A stretch of DNA of 63,793 bases, filler included, from Octopus bimaculoides (taxonomy: Eukaryota): assembly GCF_001194135.2 (NCBI RefSeq). It is 5 parts of 5 records of this genome, joined end to end, with 100 filler letters (N's around TTAATTAATTAA, not from the genome) between each part and the next. Parts side by side here need not be neighbours in the genome. Positions count along the whole stretch, not along the records: positions 11,497 to 34,546 come from NC_068995.1; 4 more parts are not named here. One strand, written 5' to 3'. How positions within the stretch are numbered: the first letter of the stretch is position 1; each line of letters starts with the position of its first letter. The notes under the pieces were generated by a model that had not been told where the DNA came from, did not search any database, and saw only the letters and a program-made list of their open reading frames with translations. A program made the position numbers and the translations under genes. Shown here one piece after another: positions 13,378 to 25,768 of this stretch.

Positions 13378-14737
13378 ATTAATATATTATTGAAGACACA
13401 GAGTCAAGTATTTGTGCACTGAAATGTAGTTATGCCCTATTTCAAATACATACTCTTAATGCCGATTAGAGAAGGTACCAGCTAAGCTCTTTACCAGGGA
13501 GACTGTCACTATTTAAAATAAAAAATACCGAATTGCAGAAAATACTATTTTATATTATAAGTGATAGGTATAGTTGTGTGTGTGTGTGTGTGTGTGCATT
13601 TAAAATCATATCTTGATTCTTCCATGACGTAAATTGCTTCATTTTCAGCACACCATTTCATATGTGAAGTTACTTGCCAAATATATACAGCGCCGAAAAA
13701 AATTCATGAATAGCAAACTAGAAATAGAACAAACATTTACAAAATGAGTCTTATTGTAAGTTTAAAATATAACAAAGCATTTTTTATTCCTTTCTTTTGG
13801 TTCATATCTATTTATTTTGCTGCGACTTTCATCAACCATCAGGTTTCAACGAATCAGTGAAGCCGAAAGTGTTAGGAAGATAATTGTGACTTACAGAAGA
13901 TGCATTTCCCTGCAAAACCTTAACAAATGAAGAAAAAAACACATTTGTCCAATTTCTAAATGAATGAAAAAGATTTAAATCTGTTCAGTTAGGCATCTAC
14001 AGAAAACGTAAGAAAGGAAACAAAGGAACAGGAAGCTATTTGAACAAAATGATCACACAAGGTCTACTTTTCAAAATGTCGACATTTTCAAATAAGCTTT
14101 GGCTTATGGTTGGATTAAAATCTTAAAAATTCCGAAAAAGCTTTTATGTTTCTAAAAATAAAAATAAAATATAGAAAAAATATTTAAAATATTTCACGAA
14201 TGCCTAGAATATGAATTTTTATGAATCTTTTATCTAAATTATCACGTTTTCGCAGCTTAGTATATATAGGAAACGAATGTAATTATATGCATAGTAATCA
14301 TTCAAATCTGATTCGTCTAAAGATGAAGCTGATCAATCACATAGTTAGTTCATAGATTCGTTATATATTATCGGTATTAAAATACTTCGATCAAGTGTTA
14401 AAGTACTTTGATGTGATAATGTCTGTATCAACTCCAGAGAAAATTTCGGCAATTAATCGCTTTTCTCATCTTTCCTTAAACAACCAAGTTATTCTCAAAA
14501 TAGTCAGGGTCGTAATTCTATTCATTCCTTCAGTAGGTAGCACCATATTTCTTCTCCCATTCATTGAATAGCTCTCACTATTTGGCTGGTGCTTTATTTT
14601 ATTCACCTCAAAGGGGTAAAAAAACAAAAACAAGTATGATCTCGGCATGATCTGATCTCAGAACATATGAAATCAGAAGAAATACTGCAATGCATTTTGT
14701 CTTGCGTTCTAACGATTCTGCCAGCTTTATTATATTA

Positions 14738-15285
14738 CTAGCTGAAAAGCCGTACTCTGTGCAGACCTTTAGGCTAGCTCCTGCGGAGGGCTAATTGGAC
14801 CTGTGGCCCAAAACTAAAGAGAGCTAAATAACATGGCTATAATACGTCTATGATGAATGTATGCCCCGGTGGTGTTTGATCAGAGGTTAAGAACGGGTGA
14901 GAATTAATTGTGTAATGCAATTGTTCTATTGTTCTATTGTTCCAGTCCCCACTTGAATTCCATCTGCTGGCTCTGCTGGCCAATTTGTCCCAAAGTTCTT
15001 ATCTTAAAATTAACGAAGTGAATGTCATTTATCTCTCTTTTGATCTTTGACCTCATCTGACAAACGCCAAGCAAGACGGCGTGAATCAGCCAAGCTTTAC
15101 TTGTTAGAAATAGCAACCCAAATGCTATTAAATCAGATCCCAATGCTGGATGTTTACGAACCAAATAAAGGGCAGATTTTCAATCCCGGGATCGTCCTGA
15201 TCCCCCAAAATTCTAGGTAGAGCAAATGCAGACTGAGATACAGGGGTCTCAGACGGACAGACAGAATTTCGCTTTTTAATATAAA
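14738..15285 (-). mobile_element. Non-autonomous Helitron-like element, apparently complete (~550 bp)
   Basis: Minus strand: A|tttatattaaaaagcgaaattctgtctgtccgtctg at the 5' end (expected TC read as TT, followed by a short CTGT microsatellite); imperfect hairpin ctgcacagagtacgg, 8 nt, CTAG|T at the 3' end; A|T target. Confidence 0.6.
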
Positions 15286-15906
15286 TGGCGTGTTTTTTGT
15301 TAAAAGCGAGTAAAGGGATTTGCCGCTGAATATTCGCATCTCTAATTTTATTCTTGATTTTGGTGAAATGAAAACTGTGTATAATAAATGAAGTTTTGCA
15401 GTGAGTGATGCTTATTTATTTTCTAGAAAAAAAGAAGGAAAAAAAAGACACATGTGAATATATCTTTTACATGCCGTTAGTAAGTTGAATGTTACAAGCC
15501 TGAGTGCAAAAACAGTGTTATGGATATAAAGAAAGACATTTTGGCGTAAGAAATGATAGTTCCACAACGTAGGCAACCATGTAAAGGAAAATATAGTTGC
15601 ATATTCGTGAATAACACGTAGTGGGTGTTTGGAGAGCTCTTCGTTCATCTACGACGACTGTTCTACCGGAACGCTCATTGAGCACATGCACATAATGAGT
15701 GAATCCTTATGGGGTCTCTCCATATGTCATTTGAGATCATAAGTCTGCACCTGGAAAACTCCTCTCCATGCCGCAGGCCAGGTAAAATGTTCTTTTGACA
15801 AAATTAATGTCACAGTTACCGACCTAGTCAAATAACTGATTACTTTTCTGATCACATTCATTGAAGAAATCTGTTATTTGAGATAGTAGCAATATGCGTT
15901 CAGCTA

Positions 15907-15977
15907 AAATTCTTCAAGGTGGTGCCCCAGCATGGCCGCAGTCTAAATGACTAAAACAAGTAAAAGATAAAAGATGA
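15907..15977 (+). mobile_element. SINE family A 3' tail only
   Basis: ttcttcaaggtggtgccccagcatggccgcagtc...gactaaaacaagtaaaagataaaagat. Confidence 0.8.
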
Positions 15978-16093
15978 AAGATACTATCTAACGAAAAAGG
16001 TATGGTATCGCAGTTAAAAAAACATCAATATTGTAATTCGCAGAAAGGATAATCGCAAAGATCAAAAGAAAAGAAGTTACAGAGATCAATAAC

Positions 16094-16407
16094 TGGTACT
16101 CCACCGCTTACGACGAGGAAGGGTCCTGGCTGATCCGACCAACGGAAAAGCTTGTTCGTGAAATTAAGGTTCAAGTGGTTGAACACTCCACACATGTGTA
16201 CCCTTAACGTAGTTCTCAGGGAGATTCAGCGTGACACGGAGTGCGACAAGGCTGGCCCTTTCAAATACAGGTACAACTTATTTTTGCCAGCTGAGTGGAC
16301 TGGAGCAACGTGAAATAAAGGGTCTTGTTCGAGGGCACAATGCGTCGCCGGGAATTGAACTCACGACCTTACGATTATGAACCGAATACCCTAACTATGA
16401 AACCATG
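16094..16407 (-). mobile_element. SINE family C (tRNA-like head plus ttgagcaag..ctttatttcacgttgctccagtccactcagctg domain)
   Basis: Reverse complement has A/B-box-like head (gagttcaattccc) and a body nearly collinear with 59211-59519. Confidence 0.85.
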
Positions 16408-16449
16408 AAAGACTCTATTGGTAGAATACACCTGTCACCTTTATAAATG

Positions 16450-16640
16450 TAGGTACAATGGACGACCAGACAATCAGATACAAATAGAAAATGTGCTTAG
16501 GAGCGAAGAGCGGAAATTAGTTGTCCAGCACAGATTGTAATTAAGTGTCTCAGAATCAGTTTTAAGAAACTGGGGCTTCACAAAACCAGAAAGACACAAT
16601 TAAGAAATTAGAATTACGCGTCATTAATGGAATTGTAAAA
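16450..16640 (+). pseudogene. R4/Dong LINE C-terminal (restriction-like endonuclease) fragment
   Basis: Frameshifted RPD..., AEISCPA, KKLG..., LELRVINGIVKICETL, parallel to NRPDI/VEISCPA/LQIQSITGTVKICKTF in the element at 36.3-36.7 kb. Confidence 0.6.
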
Positions 16641-18297
16641 ATATGTGAGACGTTAGCCTGTAATATATACATATATACACGTATAGAGACATACGAATGT
16701 GTTTGTATTTACATATATAACACAGATTCATTGGTGCAATGATGTGCATACACACATACGCACATACATAAGAACATACACACACATACATACATGCATG
16801 CATACTGTCATAGAAGTTAGCTACCCTGCTGATGTGAATATTTTTTTCAAAATTCAAAGAGGAAGAAGATAACTACGGACAACTGCTTTGAAACCTCCAG
16901 CTTCTATACCAATAATAATCGGTGTACTTTGTTTCGTTAGGAAGTACCTAAGTGACAGTCTGGATAAGCTGGAGTTTCAGAAAGAGATGAACCAGCGAAC
17001 ATATACATTATGCATGCAATCTGTAAGCGGAACAGTAAAAAACATGCGAGACTTTTCTCAAGTTCAAAATATCTCATTGATTTGATTATCTAAATTCCAA
17101 CGATTAAACTTGTATCTTTGTTAGAAACCAGCTTCTTCCTTAAAGGAAGATTTCAAAGAATTAAAAATAGAAGATAACATGCATACGTACATACATGTAT
17201 GCATACATACATGCATGCATACATACATACATACGTACACATACACACTTACATACATGCATGCATGCATACATGCATACATACATACATACATGTGCAG
17301 ATTCAAACAAACATTTGCAGATTTATACATGTATGACTTTATCTAAATTCCTATGAAAGTGTTTCGTCTCTGGCTTGGAAACCGACTAGAAAACAAACAA
17401 ACAAACAAACAAACAAAAAACAACAAAAACATACATATTAATATCCAATATAATACTGGCAATAACGTTAACATTGAAAGATAGTGTAATCTCTTTCAAG
17501 CTCGTGATCGCTGCATCACGTGACATTTCCAAAGTTATGTTTTTTTCAGAATCCAAGTGCGAGAGATAATTACAAAACACGTCTGATGAACAAAACAGAT
17601 AGTGAAGCCCTTAAGTGTCAAGATGCGACTGAAAATGTCGATTGTGTGACATTTCTATAATAGACATTATGCATTATAATCAGCAGCTGAGCAGAAATAT
17701 CAAGGTATTACCTTCTCAGACGCCATGATAATCTTGCTAAAACAACACAGATAACTATTTGTGGAGAAGATTGCTCAGGGGCGGTAAGCACGAAACATAC
17801 AACATATTTCAACACAAGAAATATTGATGGAAAATTAACAACAGACCTCCACAAAATGCAGACATTAACTTTAAACTCCATTGCAATAAGCTAAGTAGGG
17901 AGACTTTATGTTGTCGCTCGGCCTGCTAGAAATACCTGCCAAATCTTCCTTAATTCGTTCAATGGCATTTAAAAAGAAAAGGGAGAACATTTTAAGAATT
18001 AGACATCTTTTTTGCTGAGATGAGTCGTATATTTATCATGGAAAGATGGAGGAGATATGACTAGAATGGCCATACATGTAGTATGTAACGTCAAAAAGGT
18101 GATAAGGAGAGATATGTCATAAATGTATTATGTAACATGAGAGCTGGGTAAAACTAGAGGAGTATCATGCACATTTGATGTAACAAGAGTATTATCATAT
18201 ATATTTATATATTAATGTCAGACAGGGTATGATGGGAGAGGATTATGCATATATTGCGAACAACCGGCTAGTTTTAAACATAAGAGATGTTATCTCC

Positions 18298-18722
18298 GGA
18301 CGAATACTGCAGTAAATTTGCCTTTCAACGATGTATTAACATTAAATATGATACGTAGATGACTATTTAAATTTACTACTGCTTCTATTGCATATAACAT
18401 ATTTTTATTCTGTCAGGCGGCTATTCGCACTATCAGTGAATGTTTTTTTTACTGTTTTCCTATGTATCGGAGGCGACAAATCTCGTCTAAGTATGTGGCT
18501 GTCCGTAAGTACATATCATCGACAAAGCCCAACGCGGCCAAAATGCATCTGGCGTTTTCGCTAGCCACAGTTGGGATAAATTTTGTCTCACTCTGACAGA
18601 TATTGCGTCTATAAATACAGGACGAATAGCGCAGGAAATTTGTCTTTCAACGATGTGCTTACATTAAGTATGATACATAGATGACTATTTTAATTTACAA
18701 CTGCTTCTGTTGTATATAAGAC
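18298..18722. repeat. Pair of diverged ~103-bp direct repeats (18298-18400 and 18620-18722)
   Basis: ggacgaata.cgcag.aaattt.yctttcaacgatgt....acattaa.tatgatac.tagatgactattt.aattta...actgcttct.ttg.atataa is present twice, about 220 bp apart. Confidence 0.85.
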
Positions 18723-19613
18723 ACGTAACACGTGCCTGCACGCACACATCTATAAAGTAATGTTGATCTTGGCAGGATTTGAACTCAGAATGTAAGGTGC
18801 CGTAACTAAATATCATTCTAACGATTCTGCCAATCTATACTTAGTCGGGCGTTGACAAAACCCAGTAGAAGATTGAAAGTTGTCTAGAAATCCCTCTTTT
18901 TCTGACTACAAAATGTTGTCTTGAAAGACAACGTGTTTACATCTGTCTATTCATGCAATGTTGATTAAAAAAATCTATAGATATATTGCATAAGCATAGA
19001 AACAAAAACACGGTCAACGCACCAATAATTCATTAATCGAATAAACTGCCAAGAACGTGTTATATATATTTGAAGATCCGCCTATCTGATTTACATTAAG
19101 CCTATAGTAATACTGGGTTTACAAGCAACATCTCTATGGGATAGTTTATGAGAGTGCTCAGATATAGAAGAAATCCCAACACCAATTGAAAACTAGTTCA
19201 GCTGTTCTCTCTGTTTGGGTCTATGAACACATCACGTTTACAACTGTATATTGTTGGCAACTGTGCACTGTTGGCTAAAATTTAACGTTCTATAGCAGGA
19301 ATGCATACGCACACGACTACCCACCCCGCTACAAATGCACACTCATACATACACACACTCTCACACGCACACATATATACATACATATATATGTGGGCGA
19401 GAGTAAACTGTGCGTATACGTAGTTATTTGTGATTGTGAGTGTAGAGCACGAAGGGATGTTTACATATGTGAGTGTGAGATTGATTGTGTATGTATGCGA
19501 ATGCATTATGTATGTATTCATACAAATACACATACATAAGTACATATACAAATACATACATACATAGTTACACACACACATACACACATATATATGCATA
19601 CACACATACATTT

Positions 19614-19991
19614 ACATGTAGACATGTGAATACATATGTGTATACACACACAGACACACAGACACACACACAGATACATGTATTCACACATACCCATATA
19701 ATATCTATTTGTATGTATTTATGAGATGTATATATGTATGCATGTATGCATATATGTATCTATGCGTCTTCACACACAAACACACGCACACAGGCACACA
19801 GGCACACACACACACCTATATGTATACACACATATACACCTACATGTAGACATGTGGATACATGTATGCATACATACACAGACACACAGACGCACACACA
19901 CACATACATGTATTTACACACACACATATAATATCTATTTGTATGTATGAGATGTATATATGTATGCATGTATGCATATATGTATCTGTGC

Positions 19992-19995
<4 letters not shown>
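19614..19995. repeat. Tandem duplication (period ~228-230 bp) of a microsatellite mosaic
   Basis: acatgtagacatgtg at 19614 and 19842; catataatatctatttgtatgta at 19695 and 19925. Confidence 0.85.
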
Positions 19996-20029
<34 letters not shown>

Positions 20030-20769
20030 ACACACACATACACACACACACATACACACACACGCATCAGTATATCAGTCCATGTGAGTATGCGAGATTG
20101 TGTGTCGAGATTGCTTGATGTAAAGGCTAGATCCCAGTTCTGATATGAAGCCAAGCATATCTCGTTGCAAATTACAATCGATTGAGTAAACAACCTTACT
20201 GACGGAGACAGGCTTATTGATTTCCTACGTAAACAGACAGGGATTCAAATTTATAGAGAATGGGAAGAAAAGTGATGTTGTAACATTCATGCCTTTGTCA
20301 TCAGTAGTGGCCACAAAAGTAAATAGTCAAATGACAACGAACTGTTTGAATGATCTACAGATGTTTTTCTTTTTTATTAAGCATAGGGCTTAAGAATTAT
20401 AGAGGAAGGAAAATGGAATTGTGATGTTGTGATGAACATCCCTTTCTCGACATGAGTAGAGACGTACGTGAAGTGAAACGATTAGAAGTATTAAAAGAGA
20501 CTATTTGCTGGGATGTGGCTTGATGTCAGTGTGGTGGATAAGTGACAAAGAAGTGGGTTCGCGGCAAGGTGGAGGATTTAACTGCAACAATAATGGTGAT
20601 TTGGCGAATAGAAAATGGAAAATTTATAGAAACAGGAGAATGGTGGAGTAAATACTGTGAAATATTTAGTTAAGTCCTTTTGAGTTCAAATTCCATCAGC
20701 GTTAGTTTTTACCGAGGCCTGTAAAATAAAGTATTAGTGAATTACTGGAATCAATATACAATCAATTTG

Positions 20770-20969
20770 AAGGCGGCGAGCAGGTTGAATCGTTAATACG
20801 CCGGGCAGAGCGCTTAGCAGCCCTTTGTTTGTCTTTATTCTCTGAGTTCAAATTCCGCCGAGGTCAACTTTGCCTTTCATCCTTTCGGGGTCGATAAAAG
20901 AAGTACCAGTTGAGCAATGAGGTTGATGTAATCGACTTACTCCCTCCTCCGGGATTGCTGGCCTTGTGC
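20770..20969 (+). mobile_element. SINE family B (tRNA-like head plus gcctttcatcctttcggggtcgataaa domain)
   Basis: aaggcggcgagc...gagttcaaattccgccgaggtcaactttgcctttcatcctttcggggtcgataaaagaagtaccag...ggccttgtgc. An older minus-strand B fragment abuts it to about 21100. Confidence 0.9.
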
Positions 20970-21344
20970 TGGTCTTATACTTCATTTATCGATATCGGAA
21001 AGACGACAGACAAAGTTGACCCAACCTGGATTTGAACTGAGATCGTAGAGAGCTAAAACAAACACCACAAGGTAAGCTATACGATACTCTAACCACCCTC
21101 CCATTATGGTTTAAGGTTAAGTCATAAGTTATAAATGTCAACTCACTCGTCATGAACTTCCTCTGGAAATCAGCCGATCAAAATTTCCAGTTCAATATTT
21201 ATCCTGACATCTTTTTAAACGCTTTACAAAATGCTTTATGCTGGTGAGTTAGCGATGTTGGTAAAGCGTCGAATAGAATGCATCGTGTTGCTGTACGCTC
21301 TGAGTTCAAGGCTCAACTTTCCTTTTTTTATCCCCGAAATCGAT

Positions 21345-21347
<3 letters not shown>

Positions 21348-21421
<74 letters not shown>
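21348..21421. repeat. (CT)n microsatellite
   Basis: Read directly from the sequence. Confidence 0.97.
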
Positions 21422-21428
<7 letters not shown>

Positions 21429-21500
21429 TTCGGGAAGAAATCGGCTATGTTACCAAACCTGGAGAGAGATAGGCGCCTACAGAATTTTTTAAAAATACAT

Positions 21501-21835
21501 AGGCATGGCTGTGTGGTTTAGAAGCTTGCTTTGCAACCACATGGTTTCAGGTTCAGTCCCACCACCTGACATTTTGGACAACTGCGTAGAAGCCTGTCGT
21601 ATATGCATATGAGTATGTGTGTGTGTGTGTGTGTGTGTGTTTGTGTCTGTGCTTCCCACCAACCACTTGACAACCGGTGTTTACTTGTTTACGTCCACGT
21701 AACTTTGTTGTTCAGCAACAGATATTGAACGTATAAGTACCAGACTTAAAAAAGAAATTTGTACTGTGATTCATTTCTTCGACTAAAACCTATGGCCACA
21801 TTCCAATGACTGAAACAAGTAAAAGATAAAGGATA
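21501..21835 (+). mobile_element. SINE family A
   Basis: aggcatggctgtgtggtttagaag head, (TG)n insert, gactgaaacaagtaaaagat tail. Confidence 0.88.
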
Positions 21836-21909
21836 AAAACGCACTGTATGTCACAGCAACACTCCTATGACTCCATCCCTAGCCGAGAGACCAAAGAAGA
21901 ATGACAAAA

Positions 21910-22094
21910 TGTCTTGCGATATTTAGTTACCTCCCTTGACATTCTCTAGTTCAAATCTCGCCGAGGTCAACATTGTCTTTTTTTAAATCCTTCTTTGGCC
22001 GGTAACATAAAGTATCAGTCAAGAACTGGAGACGATTTAATCAGCTATACTCCCACCCCTTCCTCATTACTAAATCTGTAGCCTTTGTGCCAAA
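21910..22094 (+). mobile_element. SINE family B, diverged
   Basis: gttcaaatctcgccgaggtcaac...aagtatcagtc...gcctttgtgccaaa. Confidence 0.7.
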
Positions 22095-22130
22095 CTTAAA
22101 ATTCGATATTTATAAAGTTAATCTTTGAGT

Positions 22131-22420
22131 TGATTGACATGGACTTAATCGTTCCCATCCACTCTTCTGTACCTTATAATCGATTTGAAGCTTGGATCTT
22201 GTTTGACAGTATTTGCTGTCTCATTCTGCTCGTTTATCAAACACAAATTCTGAAACGATTTATGTCAATGGCTACTTGTTGGTGATTGATAATTGTTAGA
22301 ATTCGCAGACAGTCGCTTTCATTTAGCTTGTCTCTTCCTGTTACTGTCATCGGTTGACAGCGGCTGTCAACTAGTTAACTACTCCGTAGAAACGGATGAG
22401 CTCTTGGCCATAAATGTCAG
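22131..22420. promoter_or_regulatory. Candidate TALE-homeodomain (Meis/Pbx/Hox) motif cluster
   Basis: TGATTGACA at 22131; TGACAG/CTGTCA at 22204, 22344, 22355 and 22364; TGATTGAT at 22283; GGCCATAAATGTCA at 22406. Motif content only, no functional data. Confidence 0.3.
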
Positions 22421-23259
22421 CAACCCATTCCTCACTTACATTTGGAAAAGATTCTTGTGAAATTCAGTATTAGCATATTTAAAGCAGTGAGTAATTAAAA
22501 AAGAAGAAAAAGAGAATGGAAATTAATTTGAAATAATTATGTAATAAGGAAGAAGCAATATTATCCAGTGGATGATGTTATTTTAATTAGACCGGTCAGT
22601 ACTAGAGATAACACTGGACGTGTTTCAGCTTTGTTACACCTTATTAGCGAAGTAGAGAATTCATCGTACTTGCCGAAGTTGTGATGAAGGGGTCACTATA
22701 TGAGGTGTGCAATATTGTGCACTGGCAAGTTTTAAATAAGTTACTTGTGTTAAATTACTCAGAGATGACATCAATATTGAAAACAGTTTCCAACACAGTA
22801 TTAGCATATTTAACCAGGAAGTATTCAATAACTATTTCTAATGTTGATACACGGTCAGAAGTGATAGAACAAGTGTCAGTTAAATTTGGTAAAGATATTA
22901 AGTACGAGCATCAATTATTATTAAATACTTGGACTCCGTTGGGCTGTTTGTGATGTTCTTTACTAGAAAACAGGTCCAAATTGCAGTAGAGCTAAATTTA
23001 ACTAATGACTTTTGCAATGACGGTGATAAGTTTGAAGGAACTCTCTAAGACGACGATTTAAAACAATGTAGGTTCTGCAGTTATATCTTGATCTCCTGGC
23101 ACTGCTACGTAATGCCATCTTGATCTCTGTACAAGGCGCATTTGTTCTTTTTCTCCATGAATTGAAATCTTGTAAACTACTTCAAAGTCCATCTTGCAGA
23201 GATAATATGTCAAGAAAAGAATCCCGCAGTAAAGGAGCAAAAGTGTGTCTGGATTATAT

Positions 23260-23569
23260 TTTAATTGCTTCATTCAATGGACTGCAGCCATGCTGGAGCA
23301 TCACCTTGAAGGGTTTTTGCCAAACAAATCAACCCTAGTACTTATATTTTTCTTTTCTAAAATCTGGAAGTCTGGTTACTTATTCTATCGATTTCTTTTG
23401 CATAACCGCTAACTTACGGGGACGTAAACAAACAGATACCGGCTGTCAAGCTGTAGTGGGAGACTAAAACAACGACACATACACACATACATAGATATGT
23501 ATATACATATGTACATATCTATACATATATACGTACGTACATACATACACAAATACACACACATTCTTT

Positions 23570-23601
<32 letters not shown>

Positions 23602-23825
23602 CATACATACATTCATAAATACATGCTGATGTACATACATACGTACATGTATACATACATGCATTCATAAATACATACATACATACATACATACATACAT
23701 ACATTCATTCATACGTACACACATACATACATATATACATACATTCATACATACATTCATACATACATACATTCATTCATACGTACATACATACATACAT
23801 ACATACATACATACATACATACATA
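23260..23825 (-). mobile_element. SINE family A 3' half with greatly expanded (TACA)n; head missing
   Basis: Reverse-complement tail (gcagccatgctggagc) and body (cttacggggacgtaaac...tgtcaagc), followed by about 340 bp of (TACA)n. Confidence 0.8.
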
Positions 23826-24103
23826 CATGGTGACTGCCTCATCTTCACAAATGATTGCCGTCTCTTCGAGCTTTCTCGTTGTCAATGGCATTTCTGACCT
23901 TCCGTCTATGACTATATATGTATATATATCACCGAAACCGAGACTACATGGTTGCAATGTGAGCTTCTTAATCAAACAATCAGACGGAAAAAAAAAACAT
24001 TGTGAAAGAGATGAAAGTGAAATTATAGGACATACAACGGTTAACATGTCCCTTGCCTTTACTCGGGGTGCCTTACTTGCCCTCAACAATACTGAAGGCA
24101 AGT

Positions 24104-24320
24104 AAGGTACCCAGCAGGCACAATCGTTACTGCGCGGAAAAAATGTTTAGTGGTATTTTTTTCGATTTTACGTACTGAGTTCAAATGCCACCGGGATCGA
24201 CTTCGCCTCTCATCTTTTCGGGGTCGATAAAATAAGTACCAGTTGAACACTGAAGTCGATATAATCGACTTAACCGCGCTCCCGAAATTGCTGGCCCTCT
24301 GCCAGAATTCGAAATGAATA
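24104..24320 (+). mobile_element. SINE family B
   Basis: gagttcaaatgccaccgggatcgacttcgcctctcatcttttcggggtcgataaaataagtaccag...gtcgatataatcgac. Confidence 0.85.
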
Positions 24321-25120
24321 TTGTTTCTTCAATTTCCAAGAAAGTGAAAAGTACATTTTCTACTGTCGGACCATTTGTTACAAAGTTGCAATGAAATCTG
24401 GACAGCATAATCATTAATACACGCTTCTGAAGACAAACAATACAATCTGATTCAAAATAGTTTCTAATATTCAGGAAAAATTTTATCGTTTTTGCATTAA
24501 TCGTTAAAATTTTCAATACAAGTGTGCAACTTTTTCTGTTTTTGCTTAGATGAACAAAATTTTTATGTTTAAGATCCCTGCTTTCTAGTAGCCAAAAGCT
24601 TCAGATCGTTAAATAAGAGAGATATTTTCTAACACAAAAAAAAAAAAAAATTAAAATTAAAAAAATGAATGAAAAAACGGAGTCTTTTCACTGGAATCCG
24701 GGATTTTTTATTTTATACTCGCAATTTCCCGGAAGTGATAAGTTGGTTCCGGAAAATTGAGAAGTTCAAATAACTTGATCAGTGATGTAATACAATGGCG
24801 CCGGTGACGAATTTACAAAGCGTTGAACGTTCTACTGGTCAGCCCAGAGACCCAATCATTTAACTCTGCCAGTCACGTTTTGCCTTATCTTGATACATTT
24901 ACTGATCTATAATCGATCATCAAAGGGAAGCTGCTTATACTAAGATGAGGATTTTTTTTGTTGCAAAGTTGCGTGTCTAGGTCAATATTTGTTTCTGGTC
25001 TACTGAGGACATTTGTGCCAAGTGGAATAGCGATCAATATTTTGGTCTACCAACCAAGTGAAACGAATTTAATTACGGGTGTGTATACGTGTGTGCAAGT
25101 GCATGCATCTTGCCGTGTGC

Positions 25121-25158
<38 letters not shown>

Positions 25159-25228
25159 ATATGTATATACATGTATCTATTTCAGATAAAAGATTATGTA
25201 GTTGTATTCGTTGTGCAAGAGCGTTTCG

Positions 25229-25298
<70 letters not shown>

Positions 25299-25335
25299 CC
25301 TACCTACCTACCTACCTACCTACATATATATATAT

Positions 25336-25564
25336 ATTCATTTTGCAAGATTTTTTATGTGAATTCGTGTATTCAAACAGATATTGTTGTATTTGGGGAT
25401 GGTCATGTTGCCAGTTTAGCCAATGAAAACACACGCACTATATATTTGGTGTTCACTTGCTTCAGCTTTATTTCATGTTAATTGTATTTCGGCCAGAGTT
25501 CTTTCGTCACACTTCTGTGACCTCATCAGTGGTCCTTTGCTTTCTTCTTTCTTTTTTTGTGTCT
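25336..25564 (-). mobile_element. Hammerhead-bearing ~240-bp repeat, copy 1 (putative Penelope pseudo-LTR or retrozyme-like)
   Basis: Reverse complement aligns with 25585-25780 and 47958-48196; its 3' end abuts (TA)n/(TATC)n. Confidence 0.8.
25491..25535 (-). ncRNA. Type I hammerhead ribozyme motif with intact core
   Basis: Minus strand GGACCA-CUGAUGA-G-GUCAC-AGAAGU-GUGAC-GAAA-G-AA-C-UC^UGGCC: 5-bp stem II, minimal stem III, CUC cleavage triplet, stem I CCA/UGG plus GG/CC. Confidence 0.7.
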
Positions 25565-25584
25565 GTCAGACCATTAGTGAGGAG

Positions 25585-25768
25585 AGACACAAAAACAGAA
25601 AGAAGAAAGCAAAGGACCACTGATGAGATCACAGAAGTGTGACGAAAGAACTGTGGCCGAAATGTGATTAATATAAATTAATATAAAATAAAGATGAAGC
25701 AAGTGGACGCCAAATATATAGTGCGTGTATTTTCATTGGCTAAACTGGCAACATGACCATCCCCAAAT

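Noticed and set aside
17583-17620. CTGATGA motif
   Set aside because: No stem II or GAAA follows.
25336-25481. Open frame CKIFYV...GDGH.ASL.N.NTRT.Y shared by hammerhead repeat copies 1 and 3
   Set aside because: Short, antisense to the ribozyme, without a start outside microsatellite, and with many non-synonymous differences; insufficient to call coding.
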